From positions 1-56,478 of the IMG/VR virus record IMGVR_UViG_3300037487_000664: 56,478 nucleotides of DNA; one strand, 5' to 3'. Under the pieces are notes generated by a model that had not been told where the DNA came from, searched no databases, and saw only the letters and a list, made by a program, of their open reading frames with translations. Shown here piece by piece: positions 8,393 through 17,148 of the stretch. Source of the DNA: a virus. Lineage: Duplodnaviria > Caudoviricetes. How positions within the stretch are numbered: position 1 is the stretch's first letter; each line of letters begins with the position of its first letter. The position numbers and the translations under genes are program-made.

Positions 8393-9259
8393 TTAGGCGG
8401 CCAGAGCCGCCTCCTCGACCTGCGAGGCGAGGATCAGGTCCGCCGCCTTCTGGGCCTTACCGGCGGCGGTGATGAGCGCCTTGGGGTCGGAGCGCAGGAC
8501 TTTGGCCCAGCCCTGCAGGTACGCGGCGTGGTCGTCGCGGGCGGGGTTGTCGAAGCCCAGAGCGCCGCAGACAAAGGCGGCGGTCAGCTCGGCGACCAGT
8601 TCCTCGAAGGCGTAGGCGGGGTCGCCAAAGAGCTTGCCCTTTGTGCGGTCCAGACGGCTCGCGGCACCGGTCCAGTGGGCGATCTCGTGGAAGGCCGTCG
8701 CGTAGTAGGCGTCGGACTGGTTGAACGCCTCCTTGTGGGGGAGGCAGATCACGTCGCTGCTGGGGATGTAGCAGGCGCGGTCACCGCCGTGCTTGATGAC
8801 GGCCCCCGTGGCCGCGATCAGGTCATCGGCGGCGATGTTCCGCTCGAACAGCGAGGGCTGGGCCAGAGGGTCGGCGGCCTTGTGCTCGACGCCCTCGGTC
8901 TGGTCGATGTTGAAGACGGTATAGGTCTTGGCCCAGACCAGCTTCTCGGCTTTGCCGGTGGCCTCATTCTTTTTGTCGGTGAATGACCAGAAGAACACGG
9001 CGGTGCCCTTCTCGCCCTTCTTGACGCCGCCACCGGCGGCCTTGGCCTGATTGAAGGTCAACCAGACGGGAGCGCTGTAGCCCTTGGCGTCCTGCAAGAG
9101 CGACAGCCAGAAGCTGTTCGCGCCGCGATATGTGCGGCCCGAGAGGTTGTGGGGGAGGGCCGAGGCGGCGGTCCAAGGCTTGTGCCAAGGGGCGACACCG
9201 GCCTCTATCTTGGTGGCGAGGGCGTCGGCGATCTGGGCGAAGAGTTCGTCGGTCTTCAT
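8393..9259 (-). CDS. ardC: ArdC-family anti-restriction protein (ssDNA-binding plus zincin-like domain)
   Basis: PWHKPW, YRGAN, WLTFNQA..VKKGEKG, VFNIDQTEG, HEIAHWTG..RLDR, YAFEELVAEL, HAAYLQGW. Confidence 0.93.
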   Translation of the reverse strand: MKTDELFAQIADALATKIEAGVAPWHKPWTAASALPHNLSGRTYRGANSFWLSLLQDAKGYSAPVWLTFNQAKAAGGGVKKGEKGTAVFFWSFTDKKNEATGKAEKLVWAKTYTVFNIDQTEGVEHKAADPLAQPSLFERNIAADDLIAATGAVIKHGGDRACYIPSSDVICLPHKEAFNQSDAYYATAFHEIAHWTGAASRLDRTKGKLFGDPAYAFEELVAELTAAFVCGALGFDNPARDDHAAYLQGWAKVLRSDPKALITAAGKAQKAADLILASQVEEAALAA

Positions 9260-9264
9260 GTTCT

Positions 9265-9368
9265 TAGTCCTTCCGGTCTGGTCTGCTGGGCCGTCCGGCC
9301 CCGATGTCTTCACCCTACAGGGTGTAGGGCAGGGGTCAATGCACAAAATGCACTGCCCCTGCATTATT
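9265..9368 (-). promoter_or_regulatory. repeated early promoter module, copy 2
   Basis: About 100 bp nearly identical to 9801-9904. Confidence 0.85.
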
Positions 9369-9374
9369 TTCGGG

Positions 9375-9581
9375 TCAGTCCTCTTCGGGCTCGTCCTCGG
9401 CCAGTTCGCCCCTCTCGGCCAGCTCGGCCAGATCGGCGGCGTGCAGGGCGGCGGTGCGGGCGTTGCGCTCGGCCTCGGTGGCCCGGCGCGCCACGCGCTG
9501 GGCGCGGTAGGCGGCGTCGGCCTCTTCGCGCTCTGCCTCTTCGCGGAGGCGCTGGGCCTCTGCCTCGAATAGCTCGTCCAT
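9375..9581 (-). CDS. hypothetical charged helical protein
   Basis: 68 aa; AGGAGACC RBS. Confidence 0.6.
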   Translation of the reverse strand: MDELFEAEAQRLREEAEREEADAAYRAQRVARRATEAERNARTAALHAADLAELAERGELAEDEPEED

Positions 9582-9605
9582 AGCGGTCTCCTGTACGTGA
9601 GGGGG

Positions 9606-9794
9606 TTAGGCGGCTTTCGCCAGCAAGCCGTCGTAAACGTCGCTCATCATTGTGTGCCACGCCTGCATTTTGGCGATCAGCGCGAAGTGGTCAGCCTGCG
9701 GCAAGCGGCGCGCTGTGATGCTCTCGCCCCATGCGCGGGCTTCGGCGTTGATGCGGCTGATGTCCTGCTTGTACGCTGCGAGGCTGTAGGTCAT
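9606..9794 (-). CDS. hypothetical protein
   Basis: 62 aa downstream of promoter copy 3. Confidence 0.6.
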   Translation of the reverse strand: MTYSLAAYKQDISRINAEARAWGESITARRLPQADHFALIAKMQAWHTMMSDVYDGLLAKAA

Positions 9795-9800
9795 GTGGTC

Positions 9801-9904
9801 TAGTCCTTCCGGTCTGGGTGGCGGGGCCGTCCGGCCCCGATGTCTTCACCCTACAGGGTGTAGGGCAGGGGTCAAGCACAAAATGCATTGACCCCTGCAT
9901 TATT
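9801..9904 (-). promoter_or_regulatory. repeated early promoter module, copy 3
   Basis: TTGACC-N16-TAGGGT, then ACATCGGGGCCGGACGGCCCCG hairpin, then CAGACCGGAAGGACT RBS. Confidence 0.85.
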
Positions 9905-10133
9905 AATTAGCCATCGGGCGGTACAGCCGCCCGACCTGCGCCAGATCGAACAGGCGCGAGGAGGCGTTGTCCCAAGAGGTCTGGTTGGCGCAGCCCGGGA
10001 CGCACTCGGCGGCGTTGTCGCTGGCGATCAGGGCGAGGGCCTCGATCACCTCGGCAAAGGAGGCGTGGGGGTTGGCCCCCATCGCGCGGCGCAGGTCGTC
10101 AGACAGGCGCTGGAGGGCTACGGCTTCGATCAT
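9903..10133 (-). CDS. hypothetical protein
   Basis: 76 aa; AGGAGACCTGAC RBS. Confidence 0.65.
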   Translation of the reverse strand: MIEAVALQRLSDDLRRAMGANPHASFAEVIEALALIASDNAAECVPGCANQTSWDNASSRLFDLAQVGRLYRPMAN

Positions 10134-10185
10134 GTCAGGTCTCCTTGGGTGAGGGGCCGGGGGCGCTGCCCCCGGCAGTTGGTGA

Positions 10186-10416
10186 CTAGCGGGCGGCGAC
10201 GATGGCGAGGCGGGCGGCCTGCACTCCGGCGACGTAGGCGGCGTCGATGGCCGCCTTCTCGGCGGCGTAGGACGCCTCGACGGCGGCGAGCAGCACGTCG
10301 TGGCGGCGAGAGGCGGCAGTGCGGGCGAGGTCGTTGGCCTGCGCCAGCATTAGCTCTTGGGCGACCAGCTCGACCTGCTCGGCTTGGGTGAGGGTGCTGA
10401 TGTAAGAGGTGGTCAT
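10186..10416 (-). CDS. hypothetical Ala-rich protein
   Basis: 76 aa; first gene after the leftward promoter. Confidence 0.65.
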   Translation of the reverse strand: MTTSYISTLTQAEQVELVAQELMLAQANDLARTAASRRHDVLLAAVEASYAAEKAAIDAAYVAGVQAARLAIVAAR

Positions 10417-10419
10417 GTC

Positions 10420-10495
10420 AGTCTCTCCGGTCTGTGTGGCGGGGCCGTCCGGCCCCGATGTCCATAGCTATAGAGGCGGGTTTTAAGGACGTCAA
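10420..10495 (-). promoter_or_regulatory. early promoter module, copy 4 (TTGACG -35; same 5' hairpin; no operator)
   Basis: CCGGTCTGTGTGGCGGGGCCGTCCGGCCCCGATGTCC is the reverse complement of the 11359-11395 copy. Confidence 0.75.
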
Positions 10496-10499
10496 CAGC

Positions 10500-10720
10500 C
10501 TTTATGCAAAAAAATGCAAAGGTATCCAAGGGGTGGATACCAACGGCTGGGCCACCAAAAGGATGGTTGCTTTGGTTCTGGTCTTTGGTTATGACGGCAG
10601 GGCGGTGGATACCATAGACCACCAAACCAACGACCCCCGTACCACTTTAGTGGTGGGGGGTTGGTTTTGGTTATGGTATCCTACAGCCGTTTGGTTTTTG
10701 GTTATGGTTTTTTGGGAAGG
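10500..10720. other. putative replication origin at the strand switch (A-tracts, TTGGTT repeats, inverted repeats)
   Basis: Non-coding; GGTATCCA-N5-TGGATACC at 10521-10541; imperfect IR 10607-10681 centred on ACCACTTTAGTGGT. Confidence 0.55.
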
Positions 10721-10728
10721 ACACCCTC

Positions 10729-11301
10729 GTGCCTAGAGTTACGGACAATCCGGGTGCAGCTTGGAACGAGCAGCGACAGAAGTGGTTTGCGAGGATCACC
10801 GTGGAGGGGGTCAGGAAGCACCTCGGATACTTTGACAGCGCGGAAGCCGCGAGCGAGGCGTACATTGAGGCGAGGGGCGAGAAGGCTCGGACGCGGGTCG
10901 CCCTGCCCCCGGCGCGAGTTCCGGTGGTCCGGTCCCGCAGCTCTGGCCCGATCCCGCCCGAGATGATGGCGGCTCTGTTCTCACCGTCGTTCCTGTCGTG
11001 CTGGGTCGACGACTACGGACAGGACGAGGCCTTCCGGGAGGTGGCGGAGATCGTGGCCGAGGTCAGCCGCTCCGAGGGGGTGTCGTCGTGGGTCGCCTCG
11101 GAGGTCGTCGCTGCGGACCCGTTTGACATGATGACGTTGGAGCTCCTGCCGGTCGAGACCTTCCGGGAGCGGGTCCGGCTGCTGCGTCGGCTGGGGCTGG
11201 AGGACCGGCTGGACGAGGTCATGGCCCGAGTGTTCAAGCTGAACGACAACACGACGTTTGAGATGGCGGCGGCGGAGGTGGCCTTCGGCGATCTGGTATG
11301 A
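10729..11301 (+). CDS. AP2-domain DNA-binding protein
   Basis: W..KWFARITVEGVRKHLGYFDSAEAASEAY..A matches the AP2 domain. Confidence 0.8.
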   Translation: MPRVTDNPGAAWNEQRQKWFARITVEGVRKHLGYFDSAEAASEAYIEARGEKARTRVALPPARVPVVRSRSSGPIPPEMMAALFSPSFLSCWVDDYGQDEAFREVAEIVAEVSRSEGVSSWVASEVVAADPFDMMTLELLPVETFRERVRLLRRLGLEDRLDEVMARVFKLNDNTTFEMAAAEVAFGDLV

Positions 11302-11326
11302 TGTGCAAAAAATTACAAGATAGGGA

Positions 11327-11402
11327 TTGACCCTCGGAACGGCGGTCTCTAAGGGTACGGACATCGGGGCCGGACGGCCCCGCCACACAGACCGGAAGGA
11401 CT
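11327..11402 (+). promoter_or_regulatory. early promoter module, copy 5 (rightward)
   Basis: TTGACC...TAAGGGT, then ACATCGGGGCCGGACGGCCCCGCCACACAGACCGGAAGGACT before ATG 11409. Confidence 0.75.
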
Positions 11403-11408
11403 GCCGCC

Positions 11409-11711
11409 ATGACCACCGACTGGGACGACCTCACAGAAGACCAAAAGGACGCGATCAACGAGGCGGCCTACGCTAACTGCGCCGACCGTCTGCGCCGCGC
11501 CGATGCCGCGTTCCCCGGCTGCGAGCTTGAGGACATCCGCCGCTACTGCGCGGAGATCATCGCCGCCGACATCGCCGAGAACAACCGCATCATTCGCCGC
11601 GCCGCCCGTTCGCGCGCCACCAAGAGCGACACGGCGTGGGCCGCGTCGGCCAAGGTGCGCAACGCGGACTTGGACTACGAAGCTCACTTCATCTGGGAAG
11701 CGGAGTTCTAG
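11409..11711 (+). CDS. hypothetical protein
   Basis: 100 aa between promoter copy 5 and a hairpin. Confidence 0.7.
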   Translation: MTTDWDDLTEDQKDAINEAAYANCADRLRRADAAFPGCELEDIRRYCAEIIAADIAENNRIIRRAARSRATKSDTAWAASAKVRNADLDYEAHFIWEAEF

Positions 11712-11735
11712 CCCCAGACCACGATGCCCCACAGA

Positions 11736-11772
11736 GCCCCTAGGCTGCCCGCCTAGGGGCCTCTTGGCGTTT
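11736..11772 (+). terminator. probable intrinsic terminator
   Basis: GCCCCTAGGC-TGCCC-GCCTAGGGGC 10-bp stem; weak U-tract. Confidence 0.55.
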
Positions 11773-11846
11773 GGCGTACCTCTGAGGTATCCTGCCCTCC
11801 AGTGAGGCGTGCGGCGGATCGCGCGCGGTTGGCGGGAGCACGGGGC

Positions 11847-12371
11847 ATGGACATGGCGCAGGGTGAGCTGGAGCCGGAGGCCAAGCGTGGGCTTGGCGGG
11901 CGGCCCAGCACGTACAACCCCGAGATGGCGGAGCTGATCTGCGAGCTGGTGGCGGTGTCCGATGTCGGCCTGCACCACGTGCTGGCGGCGCGCGACGACC
12001 TCCCGGCGGAGAGCACGATCTACAAATGGCTGCGCCGCGAGCCGTCGTTCGCGGAGCAATATGCTCACGCGCGAGAACGCCAAGGCTTGAGGCAGGGCGA
12101 CAAGGCCGTCGAGGAGGCGCTGCTGGCCACCGACCCGGCGCTGGGCCGCCTGAAGTACGACGCGCGCCGGTGGCAGGCCAGCAAGCTGGCGGCCAAGGTC
12201 TACGGCGACACGGCCTCCATGCGCCTGCTTAATGCCACAGGCGACGGTGACGCACGCATCGAGGTGGTGACCCTTGCGGGCGAGCTGGCCGACCTGATCA
12301 ACATCACGCCCCGCGACGTGCTGGAAGTACTGCCCTCGCCCACGCAGGGGCCGAGCGGCACCGAGGGGTAG
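11847..12371 (+). CDS. terS: terminase small subunit (Sf6 gp1-like)
   Basis: GRPSTYNPEMAELICE..PAESTIYKWL..FAEQYAHARE..DARRWQASKLAAKVYGD. Confidence 0.85.
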   Translation: MDMAQGELEPEAKRGLGGRPSTYNPEMAELICELVAVSDVGLHHVLAARDDLPAESTIYKWLRREPSFAEQYAHARERQGLRQGDKAVEEALLATDPALGRLKYDARRWQASKLAAKVYGDTASMRLLNATGDGDARIEVVTLAGELADLINITPRDVLEVLPSPTQGPSGTEG

Positions 12372-12424
12372 GCCTTTGCCCCGCGCCTTGGCAACGCCAA
12401 GCAGCGCCTAGCTGCGCGCATCGG

Positions 12425-12535
12425 GGCCTTGCCTTGCGTTGCTCAACGTCTACTTGGACGTTGCTTGGCGTCTGCTTGGGCAGGGCGCACGTTGCTTTGC
12501 GGTTGCTTGGACGTTGCTTGAGGGCGACTTGAGGG
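12425..12535. repeat. 11-bp-phased CTTG repeats between terS and terL (candidate pac/terminus region)
   Basis: CTTG at 12453, 12464, 12475, 12506, 12517, 12528; CTTGGACGTTGCTTG twice. Confidence 0.6.
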
Positions 12536-12729
12536 GCACCCTACCCCCAGCGCTGGCAGCGCGCTGTAACTGTGGCATGCCCATACACTAAATTTTTGCA
12601 GTTTTGCCCTTTAGGATGCACCGCGCAGGGTGCAGGGCTGACGCGCGTCGGCTTAATCGCCTATTTGCACTTCCCAGCAAACGGCTCTACACCACGCCGT
12701 CGAAATTGACGCCGAGCCTACGGTGACTG

Positions 12730-14211
12730 TTGCACGTGACACTGACCCACGACGACCTGCTCAGACTGCCGCCACACCAGTTGCGCTACCTCATCTGGCG
12801 CAAGAAGTGGCTCAACACGGCGCGTGACAAGCAGTTGCCGCCCGCCACGTCGTGGACCGAGCTGGGCGTGCTCGCCGGGCGTGGCTTCGGCAAGACCCTC
12901 ATGGGCGCGCAGTGGATTACGGACTTGGCGTACTGCGACGCCGCCAAGCACCCGTATGGCGTCATCGCGCCGACGCTGAACGACGTGAGGCATACGTGCT
13001 TCGAGGGACCGGCGGGGATACTGTCCGTCGTCCCTCCCGAGCTGATCTACGATTACAACAAGACCAACCTGATCATTACGCTCGTCGATCAGCGCAACCC
13101 GACCAAGGCGGGGGCGATCATTCGCGGGTTCAGCGCCGAGGAGCCGGAGCGCCTGCGGGGTCCACAGGTCGCGGCGTGGTGGATGGACGAGTTGGCCGCA
13201 TGGAACCGCGACGAAGACACCTTCGACATGGCCATGATGGGCCTGCGGCTGGGCCAGCACCCGAAGGTGATGTGGACGACGACGCCCAAGCCCAAGGACT
13301 TGGTGCGCAAGTTGGTCAACCCCAAGGAGGGGCGTCTGATCGTCAAGGGCTCCACCTACGAGAACAAGGCCCACCTGCCCGCGTCGTTCTTTGACCAGCT
13401 CAAGCAGTACGAGGGGACGCAGTTAGGGCGTCAGGAGCTGGAGGGGGAGCTGATTGACAGCGAGGAGGGCGGGATTATTGCGCGAAACTGGTTCAAGCTG
13501 TGGCCGAGCGCCAAGGCCCTGCCGTCCTTCGACTGGATTATCATGTCGCTGGACACGGCCTTCACCGAAAAGACCCTGAACAAGCGGACATTTGACGCGG
13601 ACAGCTCCGCCTGCACGGTCTGGGGCGTATTCTGGCACGACGACAAGCGGCAGGTGCTGCTGCTGGACTGTTGGGCGGAGCAATATGGCCTGCCGGACCT
13701 AATGAAGCGGGTCAAGAAGGAGCTGACCGTCGCGTATGGTGACGATCAGGACAATGCGCTCATAAAACCCATGATCGGCTCGGCCAAAATGGCGGCGAGT
13801 GGCCGAAAACCGGACATTTTGCTGATTGAGGACAAGGGCAGCGGCATTTCGCTGCGGCAGATGCTGGATCGCGAGGGGATCACGGCCTACGCCTACAATC
13901 CGGGCCGGGCGGACAAGCTGACGCGGCTGCATATGGTGTCGCACATCTTTGCGCGGGGTCAGGTGTGGCTGCCAGAGAGCGAGAAAAACGCCGGGAAGCC
14001 AAAAACGTGGATCGAGCCGGTGCTGGCGCAGCTTTGTTCGTTCACGGGGAGCGGGTCCATCCGGCATGACGACTACGTGGACAGCACCACGCAGGCCATG
14101 CGGCTGATGATGGACAAGAACTTGTTGCATAATACGCCGATGCCAAAACGAGGGGCGCAGGAGGACGAGCGCGAAGAGCGACGGCCCCGCGTTAATCCCT
14201 ATGCGGCGTGA
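12730..14211 (+). CDS. terL: terminase large subunit (Terminase_6-like)
   Basis: AGRGFGKT Walker A, LRGPQ..WMDE Walker B, TTTPKP, SLDTAF, HDDYVDSTTQA nuclease. Confidence 0.95.
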   Translation: MHVTLTHDDLLRLPPHQLRYLIWRKKWLNTARDKQLPPATSWTELGVLAGRGFGKTLMGAQWITDLAYCDAAKHPYGVIAPTLNDVRHTCFEGPAGILSVVPPELIYDYNKTNLIITLVDQRNPTKAGAIIRGFSAEEPERLRGPQVAAWWMDELAAWNRDEDTFDMAMMGLRLGQHPKVMWTTTPKPKDLVRKLVNPKEGRLIVKGSTYENKAHLPASFFDQLKQYEGTQLGRQELEGELIDSEEGGIIARNWFKLWPSAKALPSFDWIIMSLDTAFTEKTLNKRTFDADSSACTVWGVFWHDDKRQVLLLDCWAEQYGLPDLMKRVKKELTVAYGDDQDNALIKPMIGSAKMAASGRKPDILLIEDKGSGISLRQMLDREGITAYAYNPGRADKLTRLHMVSHIFARGQVWLPESEKNAGKPKTWIEPVLAQLCSFTGSGSIRHDDYVDSTTQAMRLMMDKNLLHNTPMPKRGAQEDEREERRPRVNPYAA

Positions 14212-14277
14212 ATTTGCCCGTTTACACGACGAGTGTTAGAACTTGTACCCCGCCTTGCTCCGTAGGATGCGCGCCTG

Positions 14278-16989
14278 ATGGAAGACGAAGAGCTGCCCGA
14301 AGGCGAATACGTCGAAATGGACGACGAAGAGACGCCGGATGTCATCGACACTGAAGACGGCGGCGCGATAGTCACGCTGGACGACGACGAGCGCGCCTCA
14401 GACAGCGAGTTTCTGGCTAATCTTGCCGAGACGCTGCCCGAGAGCGACTTAAAAGCGCTGGCGTCGACCTATCTGGACCTGATTGGCCGCGACCGCGAGG
14501 CGCGCAAGAAGCGCGACGAGCAGTACGAGGAGGGCATCCGTCGGACGGGGCTAGGGGACGACGCGCCGGGCGGCGCGCAGTTCCAAGGCGCGTCGCGGGT
14601 CGTGCATCCGATGCTGACGGAAGTCTGCGTGGACTTCTCGTCTCGGGCGATCAAGGAGCTGTTCCCGGCAGACGGGCCGGTCAAGAGCAAGATCGTCGGA
14701 GAGCTGACGAAAGAGCGCGCCGCCAAGGCGATGCGCAAGACCGACTACATGAACTGGCAGCTCACGACCCAGTCGCAGGAGTTCCGCTCCGAGCTGGAGC
14801 AGTTGCTGACGCAGGTGCCGCTGGGCGGCGCGCAATACATGAAGGTGACGTGGAACGAGAGCCGCAATCGGCCCAACTTCCTGTTCGTGGCGATAGACGA
14901 CATCTACCTGCCGTATGCGGCGACCAATTTCTACACCGCGCAACGCAAGACCCACGTCCAGTACCTGACGGCGCTGGACTATGCCGAGCGCGTCGCCAGC
15001 GGCATGTACCGCGACGTGGACCTGACGTCGCCGGGCGAGGCACCAGAGGGGTCGAGCGCCGAGCAGGCGAACAACAAGATCGAGGGGCGCGACAGCACGT
15101 CCTACAATGAGGACGGCCTGCGGACAGTGTTCGAGATTTACGCTACGGCGGAGGTCGAGGACGACGTCGGGGCCGCGCCGTACATCATCACGGTGGACAA
15201 GTCGTCCTCGCAGGTGCTGGCGATCTATCGGAACTGGGACGAGGACGACGAGAGCCGCGAAGAGCTACAGTGGCTGGTAGAGTTCCCGTTTGTGCCGTGG
15301 CGCGGCGCGTATCCCATCGGCATTATCCACATGTTGGGCGGCATCTCTGCCGCCGCGACCGGGTCACTGCGGGCGTTGCTGGACGCGGCGCATATCTCTA
15401 ACTCGCAGACCATGCTCAAGCTGAAAGGCGGCTCTCGCGGCGGGCAGTCGCTGGATATCCAGCCGACGCAGGTAATGGAGATCGAGGGCGGTCTGAATGT
15501 CGACGACATCCGCAAGATCGCCATGCCGCTGCCGTTCAATCAGCCGTCGGCGGTGTTGTTCCAGTTGCTAGGGTTCTTGGTCGACGCCGGTAAGGGCGTC
15601 GTCCGCACGACCATGGACAGCATGTCGGACGGGAACCAGAACGTACCCGTCGGCACGACACTGGCCAAGATCGAGCAGGGCATGGTGGTGTTCTCTGCCA
15701 TCCACGCCCGACTGCACGCCGCCATGGGCCGGATGCTGCGCATCCTGCACCGCCTGAACGGCATGTATCTGGACGACGAGGACGTCGAGGCCGAGATCGG
15801 GACCGAGATTGCGTCCCGCAAAGACTTTGACGGGCCGATGGACGTCGTGCCGGTCTCCGACCCGAACATCTTCAGTGAGGCGCAGCGCTTTGCGCAGGTG
15901 CAGGCCGTGGCGCAACGGGCGTCGTTGCTGCCGCAACTGTACGACCTGCGAAAGGTCGAAGAGCGCATCTTGGCCACCTTGAAAATTCCTGATCCAACGT
16001 CGCTGCTTCAACCGGCTATGACGCCGGTTGAAGAGGACGCCGTGCAGGAGAACGTCAAGGCGGTCATGGGGCGCGCCGTGTTGGCGTTCCCGAAGCAGGA
16101 CCACATCGCGCACCTGAAGACGCACTTGGCGTTCATGTTGTCGCCCGCCTTGGGCATGAGCCAGCTACTGGCCCCCACGACGCTGCCCGTTCTGTTGACG
16201 CATCTCAAGGAGCACATCGCCTTCTGGTACGCCGAAGAGGTCTACAAGACGACGAACGAGGCGGCGGACGGCAGGCTGGACGAGCAGCTACGCGAGACCA
16301 AGACCGACGAAGAGAAGCAGGCTCTGGATCGGGTCTCGGCGGAGGCGTCTCTGAACGTCGTCCTGATGGCAGACACGGCGCTGGCGTCGCTGCCGCCGGT
16401 TATCAAGCAGATCATCGAGATGGTGCAGCAACTGACGCCGCCGCCTCCGATGGACCCCGCCGCACAGGCCGCCATGGCCGACATCCAGATGCGGGGGCAG
16501 GTCGAGCAGCAGAAGGCGCAGCTCGCCACGCAGCGCCTGCAACTGGAGGCGCAGACGGGGCAGGCCGACGCGCAAATCCGCGCGCAGACGGCGTCTCAGG
16601 CGGCGCAACTCGACGCGCAGCGCCTACAGCTCCAGATGCAGACCGAGCAGGCCAAGCTGCAGATGCAGCAGGTCGATAGTCAGACCAAGGCCCAGCTAGA
16701 GCAGGCCAAGCTGCAACTGCAGCAGACGCAGTACCAGACCTCGGCGCAACAGGCGCAGGTCGCGCAGGCGACGTCGGCGCAGACGGAGCAGGCCAAGCTG
16801 CAGATGGAGCAGCTCAAGGTGCAGGCGGACGCCGAGGCCGCGCGTCTTGCGCAGCAGGCGGAGATGATGCGGACGCTGGCCGATCTTCAGGCCCGCGTCG
16901 CCATGAACAACGCCGACAACCAGACGGCCAAGGAGTTGGCGCTCATGGAATTGCAAAACGCCAACGTCTCTACGGATACCAACCCCTAA
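14278..16989 (+). CDS. portal protein with long Gln-rich C-terminal barrel
   Basis: Follows terL; HPMLTE..F..RAIKELFP..GPVK, PVGTTLA, VVPVSDPNIFS; Q-rich coiled coil. Confidence 0.88.
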   Translation: MEDEELPEGEYVEMDDEETPDVIDTEDGGAIVTLDDDERASDSEFLANLAETLPESDLKALASTYLDLIGRDREARKKRDEQYEEGIRRTGLGDDAPGGAQFQGASRVVHPMLTEVCVDFSSRAIKELFPADGPVKSKIVGELTKERAAKAMRKTDYMNWQLTTQSQEFRSELEQLLTQVPLGGAQYMKVTWNESRNRPNFLFVAIDDIYLPYAATNFYTAQRKTHVQYLTALDYAERVASGMYRDVDLTSPGEAPEGSSAEQANNKIEGRDSTSYNEDGLRTVFEIYATAEVEDDVGAAPYIITVDKSSSQVLAIYRNWDEDDESREELQWLVEFPFVPWRGAYPIGIIHMLGGISAAATGSLRALLDAAHISNSQTMLKLKGGSRGGQSLDIQPTQVMEIEGGLNVDDIRKIAMPLPFNQPSAVLFQLLGFLVDAGKGVVRTTMDSMSDGNQNVPVGTTLAKIEQGMVVFSAIHARLHAAMGRMLRILHRLNGMYLDDEDVEAEIGTEIASRKDFDGPMDVVPVSDPNIFSEAQRFAQVQAVAQRASLLPQLYDLRKVEERILATLKIPDPTSLLQPAMTPVEEDAVQENVKAVMGRAVLAFPKQDHIAHLKTHLAFMLSPALGMSQLLAPTTLPVLLTHLKEHIAFWYAEEVYKTTNEAADGRLDEQLRETKTDEEKQALDRVSAEASLNVVLMADTALASLPPVIKQIIEMVQQLTPPPPMDPAAQAAMADIQMRGQVEQQKAQLATQRLQLEAQTGQADAQIRAQTASQAAQLDAQRLQLQMQTEQAKLQMQQVDSQTKAQLEQAKLQLQQTQYQTSAQQAQVAQATSAQTEQAKLQMEQLKVQADAEAARLAQQAEMMRTLADLQARVAMNNADNQTAKELALMELQNANVSTDTNP

Positions 16990-17001
16990 AGGAGAACGAT
17001 T

Positions 17002-17148
17002 ATGCACGGAAAGACCAAACTGCCCCCGCAAGCCGTACCGCTGCACCACCAGATGGCGTCGCCCGCTACGTATGAGGCCACGCGCAAGATGCTGATGTCT
17101 AGCAACATGTCGTCACTGGGCAAACGTGGTTCCAAAGCCTGCGCATGA
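17002..17148 (+). CDS. small basic protein (48 aa, not in ORF track)
   Basis: AAAGGAG RBS; MHGKTKLPPQAVPLHHQMAS...; ATGA coupling to next gene. Confidence 0.6.
   Translation: MHGKTKLPPQAVPLHHQMASPATYEATRKMLMSSNMSSLGKRGSKACA

Noticed and set aside
7628-11402. Repeated hairpin-containing sequence as a CRISPR array
   Set aside because: Spacing is irregular (0.5-1.7 kb), intervals contain genes, one copy is inverted and there is no cas operon; better explained as promoter modules
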